From IMG/VR virus record IMGVR_UViG_3300025913_000028: a stretch of 64,000 bases of DNA, one strand, 5' to 3'. Shown here piece by piece: positions 27,359-35,776 of this stretch. This DNA comes from an uncultured virus (IMG/VR IMGVR_UViG_3300025913_000028) (lineage: Duplodnaviria > Heunggongvirae > Uroviricota > Caudoviricetes). The notes under the pieces were generated by a model. It saw nothing but the letters and a program-made list of their open reading frames with translations, was not told the origin of the DNA and made no database searches. How positions within the stretch are numbered: the first letter of the stretch is position 1; the number at the start of each line of letters is the position of its first letter. The position numbers and the translations under genes are program-made.

Positions 27359-27789
27359 TGACGAAGCTAGGCGCCAAGAAGAGGCGTGAGAACAACACCT
27401 GGACACTCAAGCCGCTCGAACGTGAGGAGGGGCAGACCATCTGCTTCACGGGGCCGAGCGGCATGATGGCCACAGGAGGCAGTCGGAAGGTCATCGACGA
27501 GCGCGAGTACAGCGAAGAGGAAGTGAAAATCGCTTGCGAGTGGACGCTGGTCTTCATGTTGCTGTTTCACGACCGCAACAGCTCTCGCTGGGCAATCAAG
27601 TGCATGGAGCTCTCGTGGGAGTACCCACAGGGCTCATACCGAAGCATCTTCTGGTGGTCGGCTCGCACCCTCTGCAACGAGCGAGGGCATGACCCCTTCA
27701 CCCTCGAAGACTTCCGCCAGTACATGGCGAACAAGACCCTCGACTTCGAGCCCACGGGCTGGATCAGGAAGGATGGACCAACATGGTGA
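27358..27789 (+). CDS. Hypothetical protein
   Basis: TGATG overlap. Confidence 0.7.
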   Translation: MTKLGAKKRRENNTWTLKPLEREEGQTICFTGPSGMMATGGSRKVIDEREYSEEEVKIACEWTLVFMLLFHDRNSSRWAIKCMELSWEYPQGSYRSIFWWSARTLCNERGHDPFTLEDFRQYMANKTLDFEPTGWIRKDGPTW

Positions 27790-28073
27790 ACACGAAGAAG
27801 ATGGGTGGCACTCAGGCCGCGTACATCGAGAAGATTTACGAGGTCGTCTGCCGTCAGCTCGATGTCGAGCGCGAGAAGGTCACGGCCGCATCGAAGATCG
27901 TCGATGACCTCGGGGCAGACGACCTTGCCTTGATCGAGATCATCCTCGACTTCGAGGAGCAGTTCGAGATGGACATCCCTGATGCCGAGCTCTTCTCTGC
28001 GGGCGAGACGACCCAGGAGACGATGCAGGACGTCATCAACTACCTGCTCACGCGGGTCGAGTTCACGGAGTAG
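27783..28073 (+). CDS. Acyl carrier protein-like protein lacking the attachment Ser
   Basis: QLDVEREKVT..IVDDLGADDL.LIEIIL.FEEQFEMDIPD..TMQDVINYL; DSL replaced by DDL. Confidence 0.85.
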   Translation: MVNTKKMGGTQAAYIEKIYEVVCRQLDVEREKVTAASKIVDDLGADDLALIEIILDFEEQFEMDIPDAELFSAGETTQETMQDVINYLLTRVEFTE

Positions 28074-28820
28074 ATGATGTCTTCCGGTGACGCACTCGGC
28101 GATCGCATGAAGATGTACGAGGGTCAGCCCCGCTCCTCGCTGGTGCCGCGGATGCCGACCCTCGTTCGTATCGATGGCAAGGCCTTCCACAGTTACACGC
28201 GTGGGCTGCCCTCCTTCGATCCCAACCTCCTGGAGGCGATGAACCAGACCGCCATCACGCTCTGCAAGGAGCTCCAGACCGTTCAGTTCGCGTTCGTCCA
28301 GAGCGACGAGATCTCGTTGCTCCTGCATCCCTACAAGAAGTACGGGACGCAGGCGTGGTTCGACAACTCCATCCAGAAGATGGTGAGCGTGTCGGCCTCC
28401 ATCGCAGCCGCGACCTTCACGCTCCTGTCCCCAACGCTGTGGGGTCCGGGCATCTACAAGCCCGCGTACTTCGACAGCCGTGTGTGGGTGGTGCCGGAGG
28501 TCGAGGTCGTCAACTACTTCCTGTGGCGTCAGCAGGACTGGACGCGCAACTCCGTTCAGATGATGGCGAGGCAGCACTACTCGCAGAAGCAGACCCACAA
28601 GAAGAACAACTCCGAGCTCCAGGAGATGATTCACCAAGCCGGTGAGAACTGGAACGACCTCCCCACGCATCTGAAGCGGGGTCGCTGCATCATCAAGGAG
28701 ACGTACGAGGTCGGGCTGGCTCAGCGTTCGCGCTGGGTGGTCGACAACAACCCGCCGATCTTCTCGGCGGACCGCAACTACATCGAGAAGTACCTCGCTG
28801 TCGTGGAAGAGGGTGTCTGA
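28074..28820 (+). CDS. thg1: tRNA(His) guanylyltransferase Thg1-like protein
   Basis: LGDRMKMYE, VRIDGKAFH, VQSDEISLL, FDSRV, NYFLWRQQD..RNS. Confidence 0.93.
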   Translation: MMSSGDALGDRMKMYEGQPRSSLVPRMPTLVRIDGKAFHSYTRGLPSFDPNLLEAMNQTAITLCKELQTVQFAFVQSDEISLLLHPYKKYGTQAWFDNSIQKMVSVSASIAAATFTLLSPTLWGPGIYKPAYFDSRVWVVPEVEVVNYFLWRQQDWTRNSVQMMARQHYSQKQTHKKNNSELQEMIHQAGENWNDLPTHLKRGRCIIKETYEVGLAQRSRWVVDNNPPIFSADRNYIEKYLAVVEEGV

Positions 28821-28844
28821 TGCCGAGAATCGCGAAGAAGGAGG

Positions 28845-29057
28845 ATGGTCATGGGACTGATCAAGGTTGAGCTCGACAGCGACGTCAAGACGCACCTGCA
28901 CCGCTTCATGAAGTTCATGGGGACGGAGTGGGCGAACAAGAACGTGGATGGCAACCTGGGCCTCAAGGGTGGCGAGCAGCTCGGGGACTCCCCGGAGGCG
29001 ATGAACGCCCTCATCGCCAAGTACGTGGAGTGGTTGGAGGCCGGGGAGCCCGCATAG
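28845..29057 (+). CDS. Small hypothetical protein
   Basis: AGGAGG SD. Confidence 0.7.
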   Translation: MVMGLIKVELDSDVKTHLHRFMKFMGTEWANKNVDGNLGLKGGEQLGDSPEAMNALIAKYVEWLEAGEPA

Positions 29058-29068
29058 GGCAGAAACCC

Positions 29069-29075
29069 CTATCAT
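29069..29075 (+). promoter_or_regulatory. Variant promoter-like motif CTATCAT
   Basis: GAAACCC-CTATCA context identical to the copy at 13702. Confidence 0.55.
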
Positions 29076-29111
29076 CAACTAGAAGGGCGTCGTTTCGCCC
29101 TGGAGATGAAC

Positions 29112-29397
29112 ATGATCAGAGAGATGTACTTCAGCGTCGACATGGAAGCGGATGGTCGTGCTCCAGGGCTTTCCTCGATGCTCAGCATTGGGGGTGGTCG
29201 CCGTGGCTAGAGAGGATGACGAGACCAAGGAGATGCCCCTTCCAGTGAAGAAGCTCTCCAAGGTCCGCCTCGCCGTGCTGAAGAAGGAGGCTCAACTCCA
29301 GGGCGGTGGCACGACGTGCTTACCCGGAGACGAGCTCGAAGCGATCATCAGCGAACTCGAAGACTTGCGGTTTCGCATGGAAGGCCTGGAGAAATGA
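29112..29397 (+). pseudogene. Remnant of a DEDD 3'-5' exonuclease N-terminus, frameshifted at a G5 run, abutting a small ORF
   Basis: MYFSVDMEADGRAPGLSSMLSIG then TAG at 29208-29210; removing one G gives SIGVVAV. Confidence 0.55.
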
Positions 29398-29582
29398 AGA
29401 ACCGCTTCCGCTTCCACAAAGATGATGTCGAGCGCGCGAAGAAGGAGAAGAAGCCCTTGATCGCGATCGTCTTCGACACCCGCCCCTCCTCGAAGGGCAA
29501 GGGTGCTCGCATCGAGTACCACGGCGTCGGTGACATGAAGATGGTGAAGACCCTCGCCAGACTCATCAAGAAGTTCGGCTGA
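29394..29582 (+). CDS. Small basic protein
   Basis: ATGA overlap. Confidence 0.65.
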   Translation: MKNRFRFHKDDVERAKKEKKPLIAIVFDTRPSSKGKGARIEYHGVGDMKMVKTLARLIKKFG

Positions 29583-30361
29583 TGCTGCCGGTCGTCACCT
29601 ACGTCTCGGCAGAGCTGCAAGAACGGATCGATCGCTGGGACCACTTGTCGTGGCACATCGCGCACTACGGGCAGACGCCCAGTACGCATCACACCATGCG
29701 GTGGCTCTGGGACGAGCATACAAGGAACATCCTCGTCTTCGCTGACGTCAAGACGCACGAGCCCCAGAACTGCATGGCGAGGATCCTGATGCCCTCGGGG
29801 ATCTGGCTTCAGACGAGGTCGGTGGGGATGCCGGAGGCTGACTTCAAGGTCATCGAGAACAACATGGGGCTGAAGCGCGGCACCCTTCTGAAGCTCGACT
29901 ACAAGCACCGGACCCCGTTCCGCATCAACGTGATGCACTCGCGTCATGAACTGCGGCCGGGGAAGGTGCTGAGCCAGTGGGTGCGGCATCTCAAGCACGA
30001 GCGCGGGTTCGATTACAAGGCCTACTACGCAGAGATGCGCAAGGAGGTCCCCGGCTTCGTGATGCACGAGATGATGCAGAAGATCAGCGAGGAGAGGTTC
30101 GCCGTTCACCAGGAGCAGAACCGCCTCGATTGGCGCAGGACCTATGCTCACGTGCTGGGCCAGATCGAACGCGCCTTCGAGCACGAGATCAGCGACATGG
30201 GCGCTACGTGCGTCGACAACATGAGGGTGGCGAGGGTGGGCGATCGTCAGCACCATCATCGCTACATGAGACAGAAGAAGCACGGCTGCTGCGGCAGCCA
30301 CGATTTCATCGTCACGCTGTCCGACGGGCAGTACCACTTGGGGTTCAACTATGGGCACTGA
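29582..30361 (+). CDS. Hypothetical protein (C-terminal GCCGS..GFNYGH)
   Basis: TGATG overlap. Confidence 0.8.
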   Translation: MLPVVTYVSAELQERIDRWDHLSWHIAHYGQTPSTHHTMRWLWDEHTRNILVFADVKTHEPQNCMARILMPSGIWLQTRSVGMPEADFKVIENNMGLKRGTLLKLDYKHRTPFRINVMHSRHELRPGKVLSQWVRHLKHERGFDYKAYYAEMRKEVPGFVMHEMMQKISEERFAVHQEQNRLDWRRTYAHVLGQIERAFEHEISDMGATCVDNMRVARVGDRQHHHRYMRQKKHGCCGSHDFIVTLSDGQYHLGFNYGH

Positions 30362-30914
30362 CAGAGGTCTCTCGAACGTGTGGGTTCAGCGGGCAAACGC
30401 ACCCATCACGCAAGTCATGATCAACCTCGAACAGTTCGAGGACCGCAAGGTCGAAGAGGGTCCGGTCTCTCCCGACATCTTGCTGAAGGAAAGCTCCGAG
30501 GAGCCGGAGTGTTTCGAGCTGCGCGCCGAGTGCGGCTTCGTCGTTCTCAACAAGGGGGAGCTGAAGAAGCTCGGGAAAGCCTTCCTGGAGCTCGCCGATG
30601 AAGAGGACCTCGGGTGTTGCTGGCTCTGCCGGACCCCACTCACACGTCCCGGCCCAGGACGCATCGGCTGTCTTCGCTGCGACGACTCGATGGATGATGC
30701 CCTCTTCGAGAAGAAGGTGAAGGAGCTGGAGCGGATGTCCTTGCTGATGGAGGCGGTGAAGAAGATCGACAGCAAGAAGAAGTACCTCTCGTTGCACAAG
30801 AGCGAGACCGGGAACCCCAACAGCAGATGGTCGGCGGAGTACCCCGGTGACGCCTTCGGGAACTCCAGTCCGTCGTTCGAGGCGTTGCTCCTCTCGCTTG
30901 CAGAAGACCTGTGA
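30351..30914 (+). CDS. Hypothetical zinc-finger protein
   Basis: CxxC..CxxC. Confidence 0.75.
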   Translation: MGTDRGLSNVWVQRANAPITQVMINLEQFEDRKVEEGPVSPDILLKESSEEPECFELRAECGFVVLNKGELKKLGKAFLELADEEDLGCCWLCRTPLTRPGPGRIGCLRCDDSMDDALFEKKVKELERMSLLMEAVKKIDSKKKYLSLHKSETGNPNSRWSAEYPGDAFGNSSPSFEALLLSLAEDL

Positions 30915-31348
30915 CCAGCTTCTTCCCTTCGTTCGCAGAGACGATACGGAGGAGCGGGTACCAGGTTCGCAACGATCAGGACGCTGCTCACGAGCTCTAC
31001 CACGCCCTCACGTGCGGGATCTATCTGCCGGGTGGAGGCATGCTTCAGCGAGAGAACCTGAACGACGTCATCGAGGAGCGCTTCACGGGCCTGGACCGAT
31101 GGTGGAACGAGGTGGAGGCACGCGCTGTAGAGCGCCTGATGTGTGAACGTCTCGGTACCATCCACCAGCTACTGAGCTTCGACCGAGCGCTCCTTCTCTC
31201 GATCGAAGAGGCAGAGCACTTCGGTGTTCCTGTCGTTTCGTTCGAGAAGACGAAGAAGTACGCCCTCAAGTTCATCGAGTCGAAGCGTGCCAAGTCAGCG
31301 GTGGACCTCATGCTGGCGTACGCTCGAAGAGAGGAACTCGCAAGATGA
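30911..31348 (+). CDS. Hypothetical protein
   Basis: GTGA overlap. Confidence 0.75.
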   Translation: MTSFFPSFAETIRRSGYQVRNDQDAAHELYHALTCGIYLPGGGMLQRENLNDVIEERFTGLDRWWNEVEARAVERLMCERLGTIHQLLSFDRALLLSIEEAEHFGVPVVSFEKTKKYALKFIESKRAKSAVDLMLAYARREELAR

Positions 31349-31668
31349 AGTCCTGGCCCTACTATGGCGATGGCAAGCTCGAAGGTACGGGCCGCAACAC
31401 GAGGATCATCCACGTCGGGTTGCTCTACGACAACCCGAGCTATCCTGCGCAGAACTCCGAGAAAGAGAAGCAACTCGAAGCTGCGTTGAACGCGGCACGA
31501 GGTATCCTCGCCTCATCGCCGGCGGTCAGGTTCTACGCCTCCAAGCGGTACTGGAATCAAGTTCATGACCTGTGGTTCGAGGGGAGGCCTGGCAAGGAGC
31601 TCCGTGAGGTGCGTCGCAAGGTGGAGGAGTTGTTGAAGGACTTCAACGTGAGGGCAGGCTACCCATGA
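31345..31668 (+). CDS. Hypothetical protein
   Basis: ATGA overlap. Confidence 0.7.
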   Translation: MKSWPYYGDGKLEGTGRNTRIIHVGLLYDNPSYPAQNSEKEKQLEAALNAARGILASSPAVRFYASKRYWNQVHDLWFEGRPGKELREVRRKVEELLKDFNVRAGYP

Positions 31669-32216
31669 TCGAGTACGACATCATCGAGTCCGTGTTCAGG
31701 TACAAGAAGGCGAAGCGTACAGGTCTCCCCTACATCCGCCACATCGACCAGGGCCTGCACCTGCTTCGGCATCTGAAGGCAAGCCCTGTGGTCCAGGGGG
31801 CGTGGTGCTTGCATCCTCTCTTCCAGTTGGATGAGCAGTTCCTTCCCCTGATGAAGGGGCACGGAGCATCTCTCCTTCATGGCGTCAACTTCATGGTGGT
31901 CGCACTGGCCATGGAGTACAGGGCCTCGGCGAACTCGTACCTCACGAAGGACGCCATGTACATCGACCGGCATCCCATCTTGAGCCCGGTGCCCGAGGTG
32001 AACCTGATGTTGGGTGTCGACAAGGTCCAGAACTTCCGAGACGCCAAGCTCCACCTCTATCAGCACATCTCGCGAAGCGAGCAGGATGTCTTGGAGGGCT
32101 ACTTTCGTAGTTGGCTCAGAGCGCTGAGCCTGAGCTTGAACGACATCGAAGAGATGGTGGCCGAGCTCGGCAAGCACGACCAGAGGTTGCCGGGATGGCT
32201 GACCCCACCGAAATAG
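31665..32216 (+). CDS. Divergent HD/RelA-hydrolase-like protein (HP instead of HD)
   Basis: RTGLPYIRHI, AWCLHP, LMLGVDKVQN. Confidence 0.5.
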   Translation: MIEYDIIESVFRYKKAKRTGLPYIRHIDQGLHLLRHLKASPVVQGAWCLHPLFQLDEQFLPLMKGHGASLLHGVNFMVVALAMEYRASANSYLTKDAMYIDRHPILSPVPEVNLMLGVDKVQNFRDAKLHLYQHISRSEQDVLEGYFRSWLRALSLSLNDIEEMVAELGKHDQRLPGWLTPPK

Positions 32217-32488
32217 AGAAGCTGAAGAAAGAGATCGCTGAAGGCGAGGCTGAGCTCAGCAAGAAGAAGCTCCGCCTCGCCACCATCAGCGGCGAGGGCT
32301 ACTACGTCGATGGCATCCGCGACCCGCAGTTCCCCTGCGAGTACTACATCAACGGAAAGCCGAACGGTGGGCCTCACGGCTGTGAGAGTGATGGCCACTA
32401 CATCTGTGGTACATGCGTCGCTCGCGTGTCCTGCCGCGGGTGCGGCAAGCACCCCGAGGACTGCAAGTGCGTTCCAGAGGAAACATGA
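32195..32488 (+). CDS. Cys-rich hypothetical protein
   Basis: GAGG SD; multiple CxxC. Confidence 0.65.
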   Translation: MADPTEIEKLKKEIAEGEAELSKKKLRLATISGEGYYVDGIRDPQFPCEYYINGKPNGGPHGCESDGHYICGTCVARVSCRGCGKHPEDCKCVPEET

Positions 32489-32652
32489 TCATGGGACACA
32501 ACGATCACGAACTCGATCCTCCTAAGACGAGGGAGCGCAAGACCCCTCCCAAGAACGAAGCAGACAGACAGCGTAGGGAGCGGATCGATCGTGCGGCCCG
32601 GAAGAGCCACAACGATCGAACCTTCCGGAAGTGGGTCGAACGTGAGAAATGA
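32485..32652 (+). CDS. Small basic protein
   Basis: ATGA overlap. Confidence 0.55.
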   Translation: MIMGHNDHELDPPKTRERKTPPKNEADRQRRERIDRAARKSHNDRTFRKWVEREK

Positions 32653-33310
32653 GAAGTTCAGAACCGTGCAGCTCGATCCGCCATGGATGGAGCGAGGTGG
32701 CGGGAAGAGCGTGCGTGGTGCCCAGCGCCACTATCCTCTTTTGCCGACCCCCAAGATCTTGGAGGTGGTGAGCGAGTGCCCCTACTTCCAGTTCGAGGAC
32801 AACGCCCACATGTTCATGTGGGTCACCGACAACTTCATGAAGCAGGGCTTCTGGTTGATGGAGAACTTGGGCTTCGAGTTCATCCGCACCTTCCAGTGGA
32901 CGAAGGTGAAGGGGAAGCCCAAGAAGTTGGACTTCGAGACCGGCCTCGCAGTGGAGCTGGAGCATCCTCCGCACTGTGCGAGCAAGGTGAACCTGGCCTG
33001 CGACTGCGGAGCTGACATCGAGCTGCGCTACGGCATCGGCCAGTACGCACGTGGTGCCCACGAGATGATGCTGTTCGGTGTTCGAGGCAAGGGCCTCGAT
33101 CCCAGCGTCTACAGTGGCAGGCGCGACATCCCCTCGGTGTTCTTCGCACCAGTGCCGAGGGATGCGAACAACAAGCGGATCCATTCCCGAAAACCAGATG
33201 CGACGTACGAGCTCATCGAGGCGCGGTCGAAAGGCCCGTACTTGGAGATGTTCGCACGTCGAGAGCTTCCCGGCTGGACGAGCTGGGGCAACGAAGTCGA
33301 GGCAGCATGA
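32642..33310 (+). CDS. MT-A70 family adenine methyltransferase
   Basis: DPPW, RHYP, MFMWVTD, HSRKP, YLEMFAR..GW..WGNE. Confidence 0.92.
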   Translation: MRNEKFRTVQLDPPWMERGGGKSVRGAQRHYPLLPTPKILEVVSECPYFQFEDNAHMFMWVTDNFMKQGFWLMENLGFEFIRTFQWTKVKGKPKKLDFETGLAVELEHPPHCASKVNLACDCGADIELRYGIGQYARGAHEMMLFGVRGKGLDPSVYSGRRDIPSVFFAPVPRDANNKRIHSRKPDATYELIEARSKGPYLEMFARRELPGWTSWGNEVEAA

Positions 33311-33870
33311 AGGTCATCATCACGAAGCAGCAAGTCGCCGAGGCGTTGGCGAAGGAACCTCTCTTCCGGTTGAGGCCGGGTGAGTGGATGACGCCCATCA
33401 GCTCCAACCCCGAGACTTGTCCCCGATGCGCCGTGGGCTGTGTCCTTGCGACTGTGCTGTCCGAGGACAGCGATCGTTCTTTCGCCAACATCGTCTGCGA
33501 GGTCGCGAAGACGGCCACCGCGGGCACCTACAGCACTCCCGACTTCTTTGATGAGGAGGATGAGGGGCCGAAGGAAGAGCAGCTCGTCGGGATGGCGCTC
33601 GCTCTTCTGAATGATGGATGGCCCGTTGCTGCTCTGTCGGTGTTCTTCGAGGGGAGCTGCGAGCTCAGGCAGGAGGAGTTCGTGAAGGCTGGCAAGTTCG
33701 AGCCGAAGCCCTACACGAACCCGCACAACTTCAGGAACATCACCGACGACATGGTGCAGGCGGCTCGGGCGGACACCATCGAGTTCGTGATGAGCCACTT
33801 CCCCGACACCATCACCGTCGACATCAATGGCTTCGAGCCGATGGCCGACATCAAGATCGCGGAGGCGTGA
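33307..33870 (+). CDS. Hypothetical protein
   Basis: ATGA overlap; CPRCAVGC. Confidence 0.8.
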   Translation: MKVIITKQQVAEALAKEPLFRLRPGEWMTPISSNPETCPRCAVGCVLATVLSEDSDRSFANIVCEVAKTATAGTYSTPDFFDEEDEGPKEEQLVGMALALLNDGWPVAALSVFFEGSCELRQEEFVKAGKFEPKPYTNPHNFRNITDDMVQAARADTIEFVMSHFPDTITVDINGFEPMADIKIAEA

Positions 33871-34085
33871 TGAACTTGCCGAGGCTGGTCAAGCTCCTTG
33901 TAGGCGGCGGGATCTGGGGACGCTTCGCCAAGGAGCTGCCTGATGGCGAAGTGGAGTTCTCCGAAGACCTCGCTTTCTATGCAGGCGCTGGCATTCAAGT
34001 AGTTCTTGCGACGAGCAAGGACTGGCCACCCACGGCGATCATCGGGGAAGACGACAAGGGGCGGCGATACCTGCTCCAGGAGTAG
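33870..34085 (+). CDS. Small hypothetical protein
   Basis: TGATG overlap. Confidence 0.6.
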   Translation: MNLPRLVKLLVGGGIWGRFAKELPDGEVEFSEDLAFYAGAGIQVVLATSKDWPPTAIIGEDDKGRRYLLQE

Positions 34086-34089
34086 AGAG

Positions 34090-34272
34090 ATGGATCCGAA
34101 GGCATGCCTGGACCGCATGGAGTCTGCAATCGAGGCAGGGGATGAGGACGAAGCGCAGGAGGCGTACGTCGACTACTGGGCGTGGAGGAACAAGGGCGGC
34201 TTCGAGCCCGAGGGTGGTGACCAGCGCGCCCAGGTCCTCCAACAGAAGTGCTCGTGGAGCACCGAAGGCTAG
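34090..34272 (+). CDS. Small phage protein (MDP.ACL..W..KGGFEP)
   Basis: AGGAG SD. Confidence 0.7.
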   Translation: MDPKACLDRMESAIEAGDEDEAQEAYVDYWAWRNKGGFEPEGGDQRAQVLQQKCSWSTEG

Positions 34273-34667
34273 TCGTGGATGAACTTGGAGCGATGGATCC
34301 CAGTACGTGGGCCGGCATCGATGCAGCCCGGCTTCGTACCGGGGGTTCGTGGAGCAACATGAAGACGCTACGCATCAGGTTCTCTGATGATGTACTTGGT
34401 GATGACGACTTCACTGTCCTTGAGATCGGCATCAAGGGCGGCGAGGTGTGCCACATGCGCATCATCCAGAAGGGTCGCTACTCCTACAAGGTGAAGGATG
34501 GTCCCTTCTTGCTGTGGGGCCTCGACATGTTCTTGCCGTGGTTCTTGCAGGGCAGCCCGCAAGAGGAGACACCACGCGGCATGAAGGAAGTGTGGTGCCG
34601 CAACAAGTGGTCGGAAGGACAGAGCGCCCTCGTTGAGGTCAACGAAGCGTTCGTGGAGGCAACATGA
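34248..34667 (+). CDS. Hypothetical protein
   Basis: ORF; start uncertain. Confidence 0.65.
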   Translation: MLVEHRRLVVDELGAMDPSTWAGIDAARLRTGGSWSNMKTLRIRFSDDVLGDDDFTVLEIGIKGGEVCHMRIIQKGRYSYKVKDGPFLLWGLDMFLPWFLQGSPQEETPRGMKEVWCRNKWSEGQSALVEVNEAFVEAT

Positions 34668-34885
34668 ACTCCGAGCAAATGAACAAGGAAGGGCTGACCT
34701 GGAGCGAGTGGGCGTACGCCGCTGCGATCGAAGAGCCTCCGACGCGGGGCATCGGTCTCGGTGCCAACACCAACATCATCCACCGTACCCATCACGGGAT
34801 GCGCGGATACGCCAGGCACTTTCGCAACGAGCGCAAGGCGTGGCGCAACGGGGAAGACCCCACGGAGTGGAGGGCGAGCGCATGA
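34664..34885 (+). CDS. Small hypothetical protein
   Basis: ATGA overlap; GGAGG SD. Confidence 0.7.
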   Translation: MNSEQMNKEGLTWSEWAYAAAIEEPPTRGIGLGANTNIIHRTHHGMRGYARHFRNERKAWRNGEDPTEWRASA

Positions 34886-35250
34886 CGGAAAGCATCTGGA
34901 CTCGCGGCAAGGTGACCTGGGACACCTCCTTCAAGGACTTCTTCTTCCACAAGGAGATGAACTACCAGTCCATCCGCACCGGGGACAAGACGCCGTACAT
35001 GGTGGTGTCGCTCCACCGCAACGGCTCCAACCTCATGGGCGAGCTCGGGCTGGTCGAGGTCACGCTGATCACCGAAGCGAACCAGATCACGGGTGACGAG
35101 AACGAAGAAGAGCTCTTCATGAAGCTCGCCGACAACCAGAGCCAGGTCGTCTACAGCGGTCCGCTCGAAAAGGCGGAAGGCTTCGCCCAAGGAATCGTCG
35201 ATGGACTTCAACTCGGCGCTGGTCTTGCCGGCAGTACTTCCTCACGTTGA
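34882..35250 (+). CDS. Hypothetical protein
   Basis: ATGA overlap. Confidence 0.75.
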   Translation: MTESIWTRGKVTWDTSFKDFFFHKEMNYQSIRTGDKTPYMVVSLHRNGSNLMGELGLVEVTLITEANQITGDENEEELFMKLADNQSQVVYSGPLEKAEGFAQGIVDGLQLGAGLAGSTSSR

Positions 35251-35776
35251 TGATGGAGTAGGGCGGCTAGACCTTGTTCTTCTGACCCAAGGTCGTCTGC
35301 TTCCAGGGCTGAGTGTCAAGAAGTTGGAGCTGCGCTCGAAGAGGCTGCTGAAGTATTTGAGGTGCGGGAAGCTCCAGGGCTCGCAGACTGCGGGATCGGA
35401 CTATCCGTACTACACGGAGATGATCAGCCACGAGCTTGCACACGCCAGCCTGCTAGGTGTGCCGTGGGAAACCAAGTACCTGGCTACCGTCATCAGCGTC
35501 AAGACGAAGAAGCTGGGGACGGTCGTCTCGAACACCCAGGAGCACCAAGCCGCGGCCGTCACGATGTTGGTGTTGGAGTACCTCGGTCTTCACTACGACG
35601 TCTTCAAGCTGATCTTGAGCACCTCACAGAATCTTCGTCGTGAGTACATCACGGCCAGGGTTGTCTATCTGGCCGTCAAGATGTGGAGAGGAGACCAGAT
35701 GGTGCAACGAATCGCTCGACAGATCGCATGCCGTCTGCTCAAGATGAAGTATGTCGAAGCCGAAGAAGCGTCCTGA
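35201..35776 (+). CDS. HExxH protein (ImmA/IrrE-like zincin motif)
   Basis: ISHELAHA with a downstream QEHQAAAV. Confidence 0.6.
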   Translation: MDFNSALVLPAVLPHVDDGVGRLDLVLLTQGRLLPGLSVKKLELRSKRLLKYLRCGKLQGSQTAGSDYPYYTEMISHELAHASLLGVPWETKYLATVISVKTKKLGTVVSNTQEHQAAAVTMLVLEYLGLHYDVFKLILSTSQNLRREYITARVVYLAVKMWRGDQMVQRIARQIACRLLKMKYVEAEEAS

